DNA of 64,000 nt from a virus (lineage: Duplodnaviria > Heunggongvirae > Uroviricota > Caudoviricetes), in the IMG/VR virus record IMGVR_UViG_2690316311_000019; one strand, written 5' to 3'. The notes beneath the pieces are model-generated. The model did not search any database, was not told the DNA's origin, and saw nothing but the letters and a program-made list of their open reading frames with translations. The position numbers were made by a program, and so were the translations under genes. Every line of letters starts with the position of its first letter. Position 1 is the stretch's first letter. Below, piece after piece: positions 54,917 through 64,000 of the stretch.

Positions 54917-57893
54917 TATTTAGCTCCTTTGCCACACCTAATAACAGTTCCAGCAATCCGTCACCATTCATCAGTGATGCGGCAGCGGCCTCTTTGTCAT
55001 GATACAACTGAAGAGCCATAGAGAATACTTCCGTTGCTGACGTTTTGGAAATAGTCGGTGATTTCTGCCGAATTTTCCCGGTGTTACTTACTGAGGCTGG
55101 CGGGTATACCTTCGCCATATAAATATTACTCAATCGAGATCTGAAGCACCATTCAGGCTTGCCACGCCCACCGATATTGACGAAAGATGGCTTATCCCCT
55201 TCAACATTGGCCTTCAGGAATGACCGGGCTTTCTCTAACAAACCTGGGTTACTGTACTCAAGATGATGACCCAGCTCGTGCCACAGTGCACTTGCATTTT
55301 CATCGTTCAAATTGACAGCAACAACACCATTAAGATTTGCATATGCCCTTCCCTGGTGGTGAACCACCTTTGATAAGGTCGAAATTTTACCGCCGGTCAG
55401 GCGATAAATATCAGCAAGTTCCTTGCGCAGGTCTATCCCACCATTCTGTCCAGCGCGGGCTTCTTCCACTTCTTCCGTGATAAAAGAGTCGGCCCACTCA
55501 AGAGCTTTTTCTTCAGATACGGATGAGTTGGCGATCGCACTGTTCATGGCGGATAACACTTTCTCGTGGACCGAACCCATACTTCGCTGATTCATTTGCC
55601 AGCGTGTCTGCGGGTTATATGAGAATCGCTTAAGTAGTTGGTCAAGATGCTCAAGTTCTTCTTCGCTGACATACTTTTTAGCCTCACCAATAATGCCGGG
55701 GAGAATATTGCCGTTAGGATTAAACGCTCGCGAAAGGAAGTGTTTCAGCGCCCCCATGCCCTCCGATGCTTCAATATCACCAATAACCCGGTTAACAATG
55801 GCCGCACTCTTCGGATTAGCATCCGCCAACGCTCTGACTACAATTTGCAGGGACGATACGACCTCACGCTGCATATCCGTCCTGATCTCATCAATAAACT
55901 CTGGCGTTATGCCGTGCTCTTTAAGGATATCCCTGCCTTCCGCCGTTACCCCATCGATATCACCGACATGTTTATTAACCCGACTTTGCAATGCCTTAAA
56001 TGCCTTCAGAATTCCACGGGCATCATCCGCTTTACTAACGGCCTTCCTGAATGCTGGCAAGAAGTCTGAGTTAACCTCATTTTGTTGATCGGCCCACTGA
56101 ATGGAGGCTTCTTTCATCTCGTCCAGAGTCAGATCACCCAACGCGGTATGGTCTGTGAATATGAGCGATAACCTCTGAACCATTTCTGCCAATGGTGATG
56201 CCGAATGCGCCGCGCTAAGGAATGCTTTCACCCTGGTTGGGCGAATGGAAAACCAGTCAATAGCTGGTGGCATATCTCCGTTTTTTATCGCCTGCGCTAT
56301 CTCGTCAAAGCCATCGCGCCCAAGGGAGGATGCGTGATTTAACAAGCCGCGAAGTAACGAATTGCTGATACCGAATAATCGGCACCATTTTTTCACGTCG
56401 GCAACAGGCATTCGAACAAAATGCGCAAGCACTTGAACAAGCTGTTCATCCTGGGGATCTGTACGGGAAAGCAGCCTGATCAGATGAATAATGTCTTTGA
56501 TGCCGGATGCCCGATGTAATAGCAAACTGGTATACGGAGCAACACCGTTGTAACTACCGCCGGAAACGGACTCGAAAAGACCGCCGGATATCCCTTGCAT
56601 GCCTTCGTTTTCCAGTTCCTGAGACACCTGGCGAAGGATATCCTGTAACGACACATCGCCGCCGCCAAACATATCCCCCAGCGCCTGGCCCTGGTGCTGT
56701 AACTCATCATTGATACGTTGCGCCATCAACTTAAAGGCGGTGGCCATACGCTTCGCGCTACGGTTATTCGCGACGATGAACAACGCGAGTGCTTTCACTT
56801 CCGGGGCCGTTTCGCTGAACATATCCCCCTGAGCAATAACATCGGTAATATGCTGGCCTGACTCCTTCGATTGCCTTACCAGGTCTACCGCATCTTTCAA
56901 TGCCGCCAGCGCCTTTTTATCGAGGCTATCCGCTGTCTCAATGCCATCAACAATAGTTGTCACAGCCTGCTTGTGCGCTTCTCCTGATAAAGCCTGCATC
57001 TGGACAAAATCATTGGCTGCCGCATTAAGCGCCGTCAGAACATTACGCATATCCGGATCAGGTTCTTCTGCAACCATCCTTACCAGGCGCGCATCCTTAT
57101 ATGCCTTGGCAAAGATCGCGTTTTGTATACGGTCTACAAGTTGCCGTGTTGGTCGCCCATCTTCAGTTACAAGGCCAGCCGCCTGTGTGGCACCAACTTG
57201 CGTCATAAATCCGCGAATAAACGCGTCATTACTGCGGCTAAGCAGATCTCCGCTTTCTGACGGGTTAAAAAGCGCCATCATCGCCGGTGTTATGCTGTCG
57301 GCATCAACAAAAGCCTTTTCACTGGCTGCCATTTCCTGAAGATCAGAAATATTTGAGTCCTTGGCAAACTGAACGCGGTCAACCTTAGTTAACCGGCGGC
57401 GCACCAGTACCGGAGCCGTCATTGATTCAACCTTTTCAGGTCGTATGCCGAATTCGGTCGCATGATCAATCAGGTACTCACGATACCGATCCGCATTGCC
57501 GTCCTGATAGGCTTTGATGATCCCCATGGTCCGTCCATTACCTGACTCAACGGCATTGTCCTCACCAATTATCGGCGCACCATGGCTGGATAAACCGGAA
57601 TCAGTAAGCTGAGCAGGCCGCAAATCTTTGGATATCTGGTTAACCTGAAGAAGGCTGGATGCGCGGGTCCGGTCGCGCGGCTGAAGTTCCTGGGGATAGT
57701 CAGGATTAATTTTCCCATCCAGAGTATTGGATACCAAAAGAGCTGAGGCATCGACGATATCAAACGCTGTTTTTACCTCGTCTCCCTTCGCTGTCACCAC
57801 ATACGAAACCCGCCCATAATCGGGCAGGTTCTTTAGCAGCTCGATCAGCGTTTCTATGCTGGTGGCCATTACCACCTGATCGCTTAAGCTCAT
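54906..57893 (-). CDS. ddrB: Large internal head (Dar) protein
   Basis: 995 aa in darA operon. Confidence 0.45.
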   Translation of the reverse strand: MSLSDQVVMATSIETLIELLKNLPDYGRVSYVVTAKGDEVKTAFDIVDASALLVSNTLDGKINPDYPQELQPRDRTRASSLLQVNQISKDLRPAQLTDSGLSSHGAPIIGEDNAVESGNGRTMGIIKAYQDGNADRYREYLIDHATEFGIRPEKVESMTAPVLVRRRLTKVDRVQFAKDSNISDLQEMAASEKAFVDADSITPAMMALFNPSESGDLLSRSNDAFIRGFMTQVGATQAAGLVTEDGRPTRQLVDRIQNAIFAKAYKDARLVRMVAEEPDPDMRNVLTALNAAANDFVQMQALSGEAHKQAVTTIVDGIETADSLDKKALAALKDAVDLVRQSKESGQHITDVIAQGDMFSETAPEVKALALFIVANNRSAKRMATAFKLMAQRINDELQHQGQALGDMFGGGDVSLQDILRQVSQELENEGMQGISGGLFESVSGGSYNGVAPYTSLLLHRASGIKDIIHLIRLLSRTDPQDEQLVQVLAHFVRMPVADVKKWCRLFGISNSLLRGLLNHASSLGRDGFDEIAQAIKNGDMPPAIDWFSIRPTRVKAFLSAAHSASPLAEMVQRLSLIFTDHTALGDLTLDEMKEASIQWADQQNEVNSDFLPAFRKAVSKADDARGILKAFKALQSRVNKHVGDIDGVTAEGRDILKEHGITPEFIDEIRTDMQREVVSSLQIVVRALADANPKSAAIVNRVIGDIEASEGMGALKHFLSRAFNPNGNILPGIIGEAKKYVSEEELEHLDQLLKRFSYNPQTRWQMNQRSMGSVHEKVLSAMNSAIANSSVSEEKALEWADSFITEEVEEARAGQNGGIDLRKELADIYRLTGGKISTLSKVVHHQGRAYANLNGVVAVNLNDENASALWHELGHHLEYSNPGLLEKARSFLKANVEGDKPSFVNIGGRGKPEWCFRSRLSNIYMAKVYPPASVSNTGKIRQKSPTISKTSATEVFSMALQLYHDKEAAAASLMNGDGLLELLLGVAKELNNAD

Positions 57894-57905
57894 CCCTGTT
57901 ACGCC

Positions 57906-58271
57906 TTATGCTGCCTCTTTAATGTTGGCGGCTATCCATGCCGCCGTGTGCTGTTTAACCTGGTCCAGGTCGATGTATGTGCCAACATATTGACTCAAAT
58001 CCTGCAAGGTACCGATAAATGCATCGGTGCTCTGATCGACGAATTTATCAGCCAGGAAATCAGCAACCAGTTTTGGCACACCATCATGTACCGAAGGTTG
58101 TTTTTCCTCGCCACTACTGCCGCCGGACACACCGTACCCCATCTGTTGCATGATCTGGTCAATTTCATCGCTGATATCCAGCAACTCCATGCCACTCGCG
58201 GTAGCCGCTTTGGACATCAGAGCATCCAACTTATCGCTGAGATCCATTAACTCAATAGCTGATAGTGTCAT
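57906..58271 (-). CDS. ddrA: Dar operon small protein
   Basis: 121 aa. Confidence 0.45.
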   Translation of the reverse strand: MTLSAIELMDLSDKLDALMSKAATASGMELLDISDEIDQIMQQMGYGVSGGSSGEEKQPSVHDGVPKLVADFLADKFVDQSTDAFIGTLQDLSQYVGTYIDLDQVKQHTAAWIAANIKEAA

Positions 58272-60187
58272 GCCGCTACCCCCGCTTTCTGGATTGCTAC
58301 CAGCAGATCAGCCAGGTGGCGAGCAGCGCCATTAACCAGCTCTTCGTTTTCCTCAAAACGTCCGGCAGCCTGAAGGGCTGCAATCGCTTCCCGGACATTG
58401 CCCCGGGCGTTACGGATCTCCGCCATGTCAGTGCTTTGCATATCCATCACGTTATTGAGATATTCAATGGCTTTATTAGCCTCTGCATCTGCTTCGCTAA
58501 CCGTTTCATCAGGCTGTGCCGGGGCCGGTTCTGGCTGAGTAATCTCACCGACTTCGGCCTGCAATGCATTGATCATGCTCTGCACCATTTTCTCGGTGCC
58601 AGCGCCCCCCGGAAACGCAATATTGGGGAAAGTTTTTTGAAACTGAGTCTTCAGCATTACGCGGAACTCGTCTGGTGAGCTGGTGGCCAGCTCCAGAGCT
58701 TTTTGTGCATATTTGCCAAACGGACCATTAGTAAGTGTCTTCGCCAGGAAGTCGAAAGAATCCTCGCGAGGCAATAACTTCAGGTCGTACTCACTCATTT
58801 GCTGATCAGAAAGCGGGGTATCGTAAGTAGCAATGCCGTAGCGTGCATATTCATAATACGGGTCACCTTCATCAGGGCGCGGCAGAATTGCTTTGTTACC
58901 TTCAGGTATTGCGCCAGGGGCCGCCGGACGCATTTGCAGGGCATATCGATATGCACCTACAGAGACTTCTGGTTCAGGCGAAGAGCTACCGGTATCCTCC
59001 GCTGGTTCAGGTTCGACGTTTTCCGGTTTATGTTCTTCTGGTTGGACCAGGTATTCCGATACATTACCCGCTTTATAGGCTTTAAACAGCTTGCCGATCG
59101 CATCTGCCATGTCCACACCCTGTATGGATTTAGCCTTGATCATGTATACGCTGCCATCCGGATCGGTTAACTGGATATACCCTTCGCCATCCCCAATGAA
59201 TTGCTTCATTGATGCACCATTACTGAGCGTCGCTTCCCCGTCCATATGCATACGATTTTTGATACTGGCAAGGCGATCCGTCAGCGCGCGAGAGTGCCCA
59301 CCAGTCATCCCCGCAGGAGCAATGGTATCGCGCCCACCAGTGCGATTGAGCTGATCAATCTCCGCCTGCAAACGCTCATTTTCTTGATAAAGAGAATCCG
59401 CTTCCGAAGCAACCACGTTAATTTTCTGCTCCAGATCTGCCTTCTGGCCTTCTACCGCTGCCACCTGATCCGCGAGGTCGCTCATGGCATCCTCTTTCTG
59501 GTCACTGTCAGCCTGTAGTTGGGTTATTTCATCAACCAGGGCTTTTTTCTTCTTCTGCGCACGCTGGAATTTTGCCGAGTTTTTCTCTGCAAGGTTGGCA
59601 AGTTTCATGGTGACCTGCGCCAGCGTCATATCACGTCCACTCATCGGAGCAACGGTATGAGTAACGTCTTTTTTATTCAGTAAGAACTGGAAAGCAATCA
59701 GCGTATCGCTATTGGTGATCCGGTTTTCCGCTGTCGGGCTATGAAACAGAATGCTGATAGTCTGACCATCACTGAGCGGAATAATGGCTGGCAGAACCGG
59801 CAGCCCGTTAACGTTACGCGCCCGGCCAATTTCAGCCCCGCCGATCGCGCGTGCACCGTTCTGGGCCACGTCCCCCGTTTTATCACTCCCCGCAGAGATT
59901 CCGGTACCATTCAGCTTCTGGTTCAATGCCCGGACAAATGCCTGCATGGTCCGGTGTAGCTGCAAACGAGTAGAACTAATCGCCTCCAGTAAATCCGTAG
60001 CACACCAGTGGATCGGCGTGTCATAGAAGAACGTAGCCTCGATTTCCTCCAGGGTGTTGGATTCCGTCATCAGATAGCGGTCCTCACCGGCCATTAATGC
60101 GCGATATTCATCATCAGTCACTGGCGGGGGAAGCACGTCAAGCCCAGGCTTGATCGCCACCCCTTTATTGATATTGAACTGTTCCAT
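58268..60187 (-). CDS. darA: Defence-against-restriction protein DarA (internal head protein)
   Basis: 639 aa; operon position. Confidence 0.55.
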   Translation of the reverse strand: MEQFNINKGVAIKPGLDVLPPPVTDDEYRALMAGEDRYLMTESNTLEEIEATFFYDTPIHWCATDLLEAISSTRLQLHRTMQAFVRALNQKLNGTGISAGSDKTGDVAQNGARAIGGAEIGRARNVNGLPVLPAIIPLSDGQTISILFHSPTAENRITNSDTLIAFQFLLNKKDVTHTVAPMSGRDMTLAQVTMKLANLAEKNSAKFQRAQKKKKALVDEITQLQADSDQKEDAMSDLADQVAAVEGQKADLEQKINVVASEADSLYQENERLQAEIDQLNRTGGRDTIAPAGMTGGHSRALTDRLASIKNRMHMDGEATLSNGASMKQFIGDGEGYIQLTDPDGSVYMIKAKSIQGVDMADAIGKLFKAYKAGNVSEYLVQPEEHKPENVEPEPAEDTGSSSPEPEVSVGAYRYALQMRPAAPGAIPEGNKAILPRPDEGDPYYEYARYGIATYDTPLSDQQMSEYDLKLLPREDSFDFLAKTLTNGPFGKYAQKALELATSSPDEFRVMLKTQFQKTFPNIAFPGGAGTEKMVQSMINALQAEVGEITQPEPAPAQPDETVSEADAEANKAIEYLNNVMDMQSTDMAEIRNARGNVREAIAALQAAGRFEENEELVNGAARHLADLLVAIQKAGVAA

Positions 60188-60188
60188 G

Positions 60189-60800
60189 TTAATTTCCTGC
60201 TTTCAGTTGCTTAAGACGGCGTTTGAGTTCGCCATTTCGGGCCTTTTCGTTATTGAGTCGGCCTGTCTCCTTATCCAGCTTCGCCCGCAAATCAGTGATC
60301 TGCTGTTGATTGAAAGACACCGAGTTCTGCGCTGATTTATAAGCGGCAACCACCTGAGCATTCCGCTGTTTTGCCTCTTGCAGGCGCTGAAAGTTGGATT
60401 TTACTGCCGGTTTCTTGTCTACCGGATTGGCAACACGTTTCGCTTTGGCGATCAGTGATTTCTGGAATTTTGCGGAGTTTTTGCGGGCCGCTTGCCCCAT
60501 GACGGTACCAAGCGTCTTGATATCCGGCGACTGAGCGTTAGGAATAGCTTTTCCATTCAGCCTCACAGACGATATATCGCCAGTATCGTTTACCTGTATG
60601 GCAAGAATTTGTCCGTCGTTAAGAACCAGCTTTGCGGTTTTAACTTTAACGCCATCTTTCGTTGTTGCGCGGTTGCTGGAGTCAACCTCAATTACCGTAA
60701 CACCGGTTTTATTGATCGCCGCGATAAGGGATTTCAGCCCCTTTTCATTAACCTGGTCAAAATCGACCGTTGCATACTTATTTTTCGTCATCTGACACAT
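60189..60800 (-). CDS. hdf: Dar operon protein
   Basis: 203 aa. Confidence 0.45.
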   Translation of the reverse strand: MCQMTKNKYATVDFDQVNEKGLKSLIAAINKTGVTVIEVDSSNRATTKDGVKVKTAKLVLNDGQILAIQVNDTGDISSVRLNGKAIPNAQSPDIKTLGTVMGQAARKNSAKFQKSLIAKAKRVANPVDKKPAVKSNFQRLQEAKQRNAQVVAAYKSAQNSVSFNQQQITDLRAKLDKETGRLNNEKARNGELKRRLKQLKAGN

Positions 60801-61221
60801 CCTGTGCGAGATTTATTACGTAACTTCTGCGGATTTGCTGAGTAACAGGGAAAATCCGATACAACGGGTTAATGAACGAGTCGCCATGCGTAACCATGAC
60901 GTTGAAATGCCACAGCCGTTCTCCTTTACCCATATATTCAGTGGGTATGTACAACCATTCACTGTTTTCGCCCTGTTCAGCCGACGTCAGACAACGTTGT
61001 TCGCCTTCAATCACTGTCGTTGGCTTCTGAACATCGCGGATCCAATATCTGACCGTTGCGCCGCGCAAAAACGGGAATTTAGACCGGTATTTGAACGGCA
61101 CCCGGATGAAACCCGGTTTAATTTCCACATCACCAAGTTCTAAATGCGTGATGTCCTTGCGTTTTAGCAAATAGCGATCGGCTAAGGCTAACGCAAGAGC
61201 GCATACACCCCAGCCAATCAT
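60778..61221 (-). CDS. lydB: Putative antiholin / lysis regulator
   Basis: 147 aa overlapping holin gene. Confidence 0.45.
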   Translation of the reverse strand: MIGWGVCALALALADRYLLKRKDITHLELGDVEIKPGFIRVPFKYRSKFPFLRGATVRYWIRDVQKPTTVIEGEQRCLTSAEQGENSEWLYIPTEYMGKGERLWHFNVMVTHGDSFINPLYRIFPVTQQIRRSYVINLAQDVSDDEK

Positions 61222-61547
61222 TTCCCACCTCCCTTTTTCACCAAACTTGTAAGAACATTCAGAATGCTATCGATATTCACTCGTTTCATCCCTGAAATCA
61301 CCTCATGACCGTTATTGCTGGCTATCGTTACCATTAAGTACGTAATTGATAACTCCCAGCCCTCGTGTTGCCCCAATAGGTACGCCACCGCGCCAGCTGT
61401 CACTGCAACAAAGATCTCCGTAACCAATCCCAACAAATTGCCAGACTGGCGACCGTCTCGGACATCCATCAGGAACGTGCCTATCCCACCAATTACTGAA
61501 AGCAGGAGCGCAATAGCAACTGGAGCTAATTCCTGTGTGTCAAGCAC
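61218..61547 (-). CDS. lydA: Holin
   Basis: 109 aa, two hydrophobic helices, charged C-terminus; GTG start with AGGAGGG RBS. Confidence 0.6.
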   Translation of the reverse strand: MLDTQELAPVAIALLLSVIGGIGTFLMDVRDGRQSGNLLGLVTEIFVAVTAGAVAYLLGQHEGWELSITYLMVTIASNNGHEVISGMKRVNIDSILNVLTSLVKKGGGK

Positions 61548-62302
61548 AAGTTCCCTCCTACGTTGTCAGGAGGTAATGGTATGCAAAGTAACTTCTCAAC
61601 CGGTCATGCAAAGACAACAAGCGGAAAAAGAAAAGCAAAGCCTGCTACAGCTCGTCAGGGATAAAACTCAGCTCTGGGACTCACAGTTACGGCTAGGCAT
61701 TATTTCCGTTCAGGGTAAACAAAAATTAACCGAGTGGATTCTCTATGCGCAGAAAGTCGAATCCACGGATACCTCCATCCTTCCAGTAACGTTTCCCGAA
61801 AAGCCGGAATGAGGAAAGGCCCGGAATCGGGCCTTAATTAATATCTATAAGCTCAACAAATAAGAGCTAACAATTTTGTTAATTTCCTCTGGAAATAATG
61901 CATTGTGCTTATATATACCTGAAGCTATATTAAAGAGCGTCATGTAAAAAATAAACCAATCAATTAAATCTATTTTCAACAAACAAGTCAAAATTTTTAA
62001 CAGATATGTATAGAAATGGCAAGCCATAAATTAATAATGACATCCTTAATAAGTCTAAAGAAACACTAAATAGATAAAATATAAATTATTACATCCAAAA
62101 ATATAGAAAGTGTTGGCAATCTTGCAACTCATTATCAATACAATATTGACATCCCTTTAGCGCTCAGTTTAAAATTAACATTTGTGTTTACATTGTGCGT
62201 TGATTTAGTTTAGCAGGAACGCAGTAACACACTGATGATTATTGTTTTAATTATAATGTCAATATATAAACATAGAAACCAAAAAATATAGGCAGTTGCA
62301 AT

Positions 62303-62875
62303 ATGTTATGTTACTTAATAGCTATTCACTTTGTCATCTTCGGGAATTCAAAAGCTCTATTGAGCTACTGGATGGCTGAAATCATCAGGCGTGAAAAAAT
62401 GGATGTTTGGCGACTATTAAGAGAGAAGAAGCAGCGCAATCGGAATTTCCTTTTCTGGTGGAGACTGGCTAATGAAATGTATATTAATGGCAATAAATTA
62501 CATAAGAAAGCAGCCAGAAAGTTAAACAATAATATAATTAACAGATTTGGTTGCGAAATTGGATTGGGCGCAAATATTGGAAAAGGTTTAACAATTCCCC
62601 ATCATACTGGAATTGTTGTTCATTTTGCTGTTGATGCTGGTGAAAATCTGGTTTTGCGACAGAATACTACCATTGGACAGGTAGATGGTGACATGCCTGG
62701 TTCAAGAGTAAAAATTGGTAATAACGTTGATATCGGAGCTAATTGTTGCATCATTGGATTATCACGTAAAATTGGGGATAATGTAAAAATAGGTGCAATG
62801 TCTTTTATAAATAAAGATATACCATCGAACTGCACATATATAACAAAAAAGAGCGGTGTTGTATTGTATAAATAG
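62303..62875 (+). CDS. Hexapeptide-repeat acetyltransferase (serine-O-acetyltransferase / WcaB-like), AT-rich cargo; true start may be 62372 or 62399
   Basis: Left-handed beta-helix repeats: FGCEIGLGANIGKGLTIPHHTGIVV...IGNNVDIGANCCII...IGDNVKIGAMSFI. Confidence 0.6.
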   Translation: MLCYLIAIHFVIFGNSKALLSYWMAEIIRREKMDVWRLLREKKQRNRNFLFWWRLANEMYINGNKLHKKAARKLNNNIINRFGCEIGLGANIGKGLTIPHHTGIVVHFAVDAGENLVLRQNTTIGQVDGDMPGSRVKIGNNVDIGANCCIIGLSRKIGDNVKIGAMSFINKDIPSNCTYITKKSGVVLYK

Positions 62876-62883
62876 AGTACATG

Positions 62884-62911
62884 AAGCCATCAATATTTCT
62901 ATCGATGGCTT
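62884..62911. terminator. Bidirectional hairpin (AAGCCATC-loop-GATGGCTT) between convergent acetyltransferase and U
   Basis: 8-bp stem, T-rich 3' flank. Confidence 0.45.
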
Positions 62912-62918
62912 TATCCTT

Positions 62919-63496
62919 TTATTGCGGGGCGACTGGCCACTCAACATCCGATGCTACTGTTGTATCAACACGATTCAACAATACCCGATATGTCTTCCAT
63001 GCAGTCAGTAACGATGCCTCTTCCTCCGTCGCAATATCCAAATCTACGGCATCCTGAAGTGGCGCAATATGCTCACTGGCCATCTGCATCAGGCTGTTTT
63101 TTGTTTCTTCCGCCTTCCGGATCCGGAACAGTTTTTCTGCTTCTGCATCTTTCACCCAGGCTGTGCCGTTCCACTTCTGAAACTCCCCTTCCGGGGATAA
63201 CCAGGTGACATTTTCCGGTAATGGGCCAAGTTCAGAAATAAATAACGCGTCGCCGGAAGCCACGTCATAGACGGTTTTTCCCCGATGGTCTTCAACGAGA
63301 TTCCACGATGCCTCATCACTGTTGAAAACGGCCACGAAGCCAGCCGGAATATCTGGCGGGGCAATATCGGTACTGTTTGCAGGCAGACCTGTATGAGGTG
63401 GAATGTATGCATCACCTTCACCAATAAACTCATTGGTTCCAGCCAGTAGATTATAAATTTTTATGGTCCGTGATTGTTCACTCATTCTGAATGTCA

Positions 63497-63497
<1 letters not shown>
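62919..63497 (-). CDS. U: Tail-fibre assembly chaperone
   Basis: 192 aa; Tfa-like; directly downstream of tail-fibre gene. Confidence 0.65.

Positions 63498-64000
<503 letters not shown>

Noticed and set aside
61315-61812. 165-aa plus-strand ORF overlapping lydA on the opposite strand
   Set aside because: Its first two-thirds is antisense to the holin gene; only a short downstream portion with an AGGAGG RBS might be translated, so the long ORF is not reported as a gene.
61548-62920. cin serine recombinase and cix crossover sites next to the tail-fibre genes
   Set aside because: No 180-200 aa resolvase-like ORF (no N-terminal catalytic Ser motif or C-terminal HTH) and no obvious 26-bp inverted cix pair seen; interval is occupied by AT-rich DNA and an acetyltransferase.

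Overview
This window is a segment of a P1-family temperate phage / phage-plasmid genome. Anchors are a perfect 34-bp loxP site followed by a Cre recombinase gene, the C1 repressor and Coi, PacA/PacB terminase with an intragenic pac site, phd-doc, a LexA-boxed humD, Ban helicase, Ssb, a SAR endolysin, the darA operon, a DarB-like giant protein, and tail-fibre genes at the window end. At least eleven copies of the 17-bp C1 operator motif (ATTGCTCTAATAAATTT and variants) are present. Gene names are assigned from motifs, protein lengths and synteny with my recollection of the phage P1 map; no database search was run, and small-motif coordinates may be off by 1-2 bp. What stands out against that backbone: (1) an intein C-terminal region with a LAGLIDADG-like motif placed exactly before the catalytic Cys of the Dcm-like domain of Dmt; (2) a tRNA cluster (Asn, Thr, Ile-CAU plus a Tyr-like type-II tRNA) embedded in a family of four related long hairpin elements; (3) an AT-rich PIN-like nuclease gene in the slot where P1 carries its type III res/mod system; (4) an immI-like module (C1 operator, candidate C4-type antisense RNA, 73-aa ORF, two-frame antirepressor) between pacB and c1; (5) darB split by a frameshift in a G6/C6 homopolymer; (6) an AT-rich island with a hexapeptide-repeat acetyltransferase where P1 has cin and the invertible tail-fibre segment; (7) accessory genes after ssb including a DUF2829 / Tad2-like domain.
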